In this document: positions 20,544 to 23,398 of the stretch, one piece after another
Position numbering within the stretch: position 1 is the first letter of the stretch
Layout of the letters: the number at the start of each line of letters is the position of its first letter
Assembly: GCA_002269645.1 (NCBI GenBank)
Contig: NIVC01005182.1
Coordinates: 1 to 23,398, forward strand
Length of the DNA: 23,398 bases
Source: Macrostomum lignano
Taxonomy: Eukaryota
Direction of reading: 5' to 3'
Program-made: the position numbers and the translations under genes
The notes under the pieces: model-generated
What the model was told of the DNA's origin: nothing
Databases searched by the model: none
What the model saw: only the letters and a program-made list of their open reading frames with translations

Positions 20544-20830
20544 GACTACACCTGCCCCAATTGGGCCAGATGTGCAACCGACAGCTCAGCCGCAGCCATT
20601 GCGCAGCGCATCTGAGGCTGAGTACGGCTGTTCAGTCCAAGGACTGCAGGGGGTCGCCACACACACCCTCAATTACCCCAGCTAATGCTGGCACCCATTT
20701 TACAGCTGGGTGAACTGAAGCAATGCAGAGTTAAGTGTCTTGCTCAAGGACACAAATTGTTCCAGTAGGATCGGGAATCGAACCCCGACCTTCAAGTCGT
20801 GAGTCCGACGCTCTGACCACTAGGCTACAT
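20544..20830 (-). mobile_element. tRNA-derived CORE-type SINE (about 290 bp) with an AT-rich simple-repeat tail extending to about 20455
   Basis: Minus strand: tRNA-like head TAGCCTAGTGGTCAGAGCGTCGGACTCACGACTTGAAGGTCGGGGTTCGATTCCCG. Then GTGTCCTTGAGCAAGACACTTAACTCTGCATTGCTTCAGTTCACCCAGCTGTAAAATGGG (20694-20753), closely resembling the MIR CORE domain as I recall it (GTGACCTTGGGCAAGTCACTTAACCTCTCTG.GCCTCAGTTTCCTCATCTGTAAAATGGG). Confidence 0.88.
20774..20827 (-). promoter_or_regulatory. RNA polymerase III type-2 internal promoter (A and B boxes) of the SINE
   Basis: A box TAGCCTAGTGG at 20817-20827 and B box GGTTCGATTCC at 20774-20784, both fitting consensus with tRNA-like spacing. Confidence 0.85.
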
Positions 20831-22137
20831 AGTCACTGTCAGATTCTACAAGACACTGTCAGACTCTACAGGACACTGTCAGATTCTACAAGTCACTGTC
20901 AGATTCTACAAGACACTGTCAGACTCTACAGGACACTGTCAGACTCTACAGGACACTGTCAGACTCTACAAGACACTGTCAGATTCTACAAGAAACTGTC
21001 AGATTCTACAGGACACTGTCAGATTCTACATGACACTGTCAGACTCTACAGGATACTGTCAGACTCTACAAGATACTGTCAGATTCTACAGGACACTGTC
21101 AGATTCTACAAGACACTGTCAGATTCTACAAGACACTGTCAGATTCTACAAGACACTGTCAGATTCTAAAAGACACTGTCAGATTCTACAGGATACTGTC
21201 AGATTCTACATGACACTGTCAGATTCTAAAAGACACTGTCAGATTCTACAGGACACTGTCAGATTCTACAAGACACTGTCAGATTCTACAAGACACTGTC
21301 AGATTCTAAAAGACACTGTCAGATTCTACAGGATACTGTCAGATTCTACATGACACTGTCAGATTCTAAAAGACACTGTCAGATTCTACAGGACACTGTC
21401 AGATTCTAAAAGACACTGTCAGATTCTACAAGACACTGTCAGATTCTACAGGACACTGTCAGATTCTACAGGATACTGTCAGATTCTACAGGATAGTGTC
21501 AGATTCTACAAGACACTGTCAGATTCTACAAGACACTGTCAGATTCTACAGGATACTGTCAGATTCTACAGGATACTGTCAGATTCTACAGGATACTGTC
21601 AGATTCTACAGGACACTGTCAGATTCTACAAGACACTGTCAGATTCTAAAAGACACTGTCAGATTCTAAAAGACACTGTCAGATTCTACAGGATACTGTC
21701 AGATTCTACATGACACTGTCAGATTCTAAAAGACACTGTCAGATTCTACAGGACACTGTCAGATTCTACAAGACACTGTCAGATTCTAAAAGACACTGTC
21801 AGATTCTACAGGATACTGTCAGATTCTACATGACACTGTCAGATTCTAAAAGACACTGTCAGATTCTACAGGACACTGTCAGATTCTAAAAGACACTGTC
21901 AGATTCTACAAGACACTGTCAGATTCTACAGGACACTGTCAGATTCTACAGGATACTGTCAGATTCTACAGGATAGTGTCAGATTCTACAAGACACTGTC
22001 AGATTCTACAAGACACTGTCAGATTCTACAGGATACTGTCAGATTCTACAGGATACTGTCAGATTCTACAGGATACTGTCAGATTCTACAGGACACTGTC
22101 AGATTCTACAAGACACTGTCAGACTGTCAGACTGTCA
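20831..22137. repeat. 20-bp minisatellite, consensus AGATTCTACA(A/G)GACACTGTC, about 65 copies, with higher-order structure
   Basis: Exact 20-bp phase over about 1.3 kb. It ends in short AGACTGTC 8-bp slippage units. Confidence 0.99.
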
Positions 22138-22533
22138 AACTGCAAGGCACTGGACAGAGCAGGACAAGTAAAAATATTTTACCTTTCCTTGAAAGCGAAT
22201 GGAGATTTCCATTATTTTCCTAGCTGACAGCCAATTTCCAAGCAGCTTTAATAGCCGAAGAAATAATTGGACCCGGACAGCAAAAGGCTCCCTCAACGGC
22301 CATTTCGCTCGTGCGCAGATGGCGAGAAAGGACCAGATGCTGCGCGCAAGAAAGCCTCTTTTCCAATGCTTTTCGTGTCTCTTCAATTTCTATCTTCTTC
22401 TCCTAGCCGTTACGCAGCAAATTCAAGGCTCTTCCGCATGTTTCCCTTGTTCAGACCACAGAATATACGTTCAGATAGCTGTAGGCTGACTGCAGTTGAG
22501 AATAAACTTCATCTGTTACTATGAGGCTTTTGG

Positions 22534-23398
22534 TTGGCACACACACACTGGCAGTATGATTGGCACACACACTGGCAGTTTGATTGGCACACACACACTG
22601 GCAGTTTGATTGGCACACACACTGGCAGTATGATTGGCACACACACTGGCAGTTTGATTGGCACACACACTGGCAGTTTGATTGGCACACACACTGGCAG
22701 TTTGATTGGCACACACACTGGCAGTATGATTGGCACACACACTGGCAGTTTGATTGGCACACACACTGGCAGTTTGATTGGCACACACACTGGCAGTTTG
22801 ATTGGCACACACACTGGCAGTATGATTGGCACACACACTGGCAGTTTGATTGGCACACCACTGGCAGTTTGATTGGCACACACACTGGCAGTATGATTGG
22901 CACACACACTGGCAGTATGATTGGCACACACACTGGCAGTATGATTGGCACACACACTGGCAGTTTTATTGGCACACACACTGGCAGTTTTATTGGCACA
23001 CACACTGGCAGTATGATTGGCACACACACTGGCAGTTTGATTGGCACACACACTGGCAGTTTGATTGGCACACACACTGGCAGTATGATTGGCACACACA
23101 CTGGCAGTTTGATTGGCACACACACTGCAGTTGATTGGCACACACACTGGCAGTTTGATTGGCACACACACTGGCAGTTTGATTGGCACACACACTGGCA
23201 GTTTGATTGGCACACACACACTGGCAGTTTGATTGGCACAACACACTGGCAGTTTGATTGGCACACACCTGGCAGTTTGATTGGCACACACACTGGCAGT
23301 TGATTGGCACACACACTGGCAGTATGATTGGCACACACACTGGCAGTATGATTGGCACACACACTGGCAGTATTTATTGGCACACACACTGGCAGTTT
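22534..23398. repeat. 24-bp minisatellite TGGCACACACACTGGCAGT(T/A)TGAT, about 36 copies, running off the window end
   Basis: Read directly. It explains all the CQCVCQSN, VCVPIKLP, HTHWQFDW and GSLIGTHT ORFs. Confidence 0.99.

Noticed and set aside
20735-22227. ORFs of the CQILQDTVRFYRTLSDSTRH type
   Set aside because: Translations of the 20-bp minisatellite and SINE.
22135-22500. Unique spacer with protein-like minus-strand frames (QLSERIFCGLNKGNMRKSLEFAA*RL...)
   Set aside because: Multiple stops, no recognisable motif and ambiguous splice signals; it would need TBLASTX to assess.
22451-23389. Long Cys-rich ORFs (312 aa, 292 aa) and His/Trp-rich ORFs resembling metallothionein or structural proteins
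   Set aside because: They are by-products of a stop-free 24-bp repeat, open in several frames on both strands and switching frame at indels.
18892-23398. Short regular repeats superficially like CRISPR arrays
   Set aside because: They are contiguous units with no unique spacers, there are no cas genes, and the context is eukaryotic.

Overview
Repeat-dominated eukaryotic (probably invertebrate metazoan) DNA with no intact gene that I can support. Positions 690-4200 are a minus-strand patchwork of decayed retroelements: an RTE-clade LINE C-terminus, two related copies of an unidentified element terminus, a Ty3/Gypsy protease-RT fragment and a non-LTR-type RNase H. A compound (GT)/(GAGT) microsatellite follows, then a 12.5-kb tandem array of about 18.9 copies of a 661-664 bp unit (5642-18136). 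The most interesting inference is that this array sits inside a roughly 14.2-kb CAC...GTG terminal-inverted-repeat element (4454-18652) inserted into a GT microsatellite. The right end holds 16-bp, 20-bp and 24-bp minisatellites, a tRNA-derived CORE-type SINE inside the 20-bp array, and one candidate 141-bp host exon (20016-20156). Family assignments come from manual translation and motif recall, not database searches. Part of the array's fine structure may be assembly artefact.
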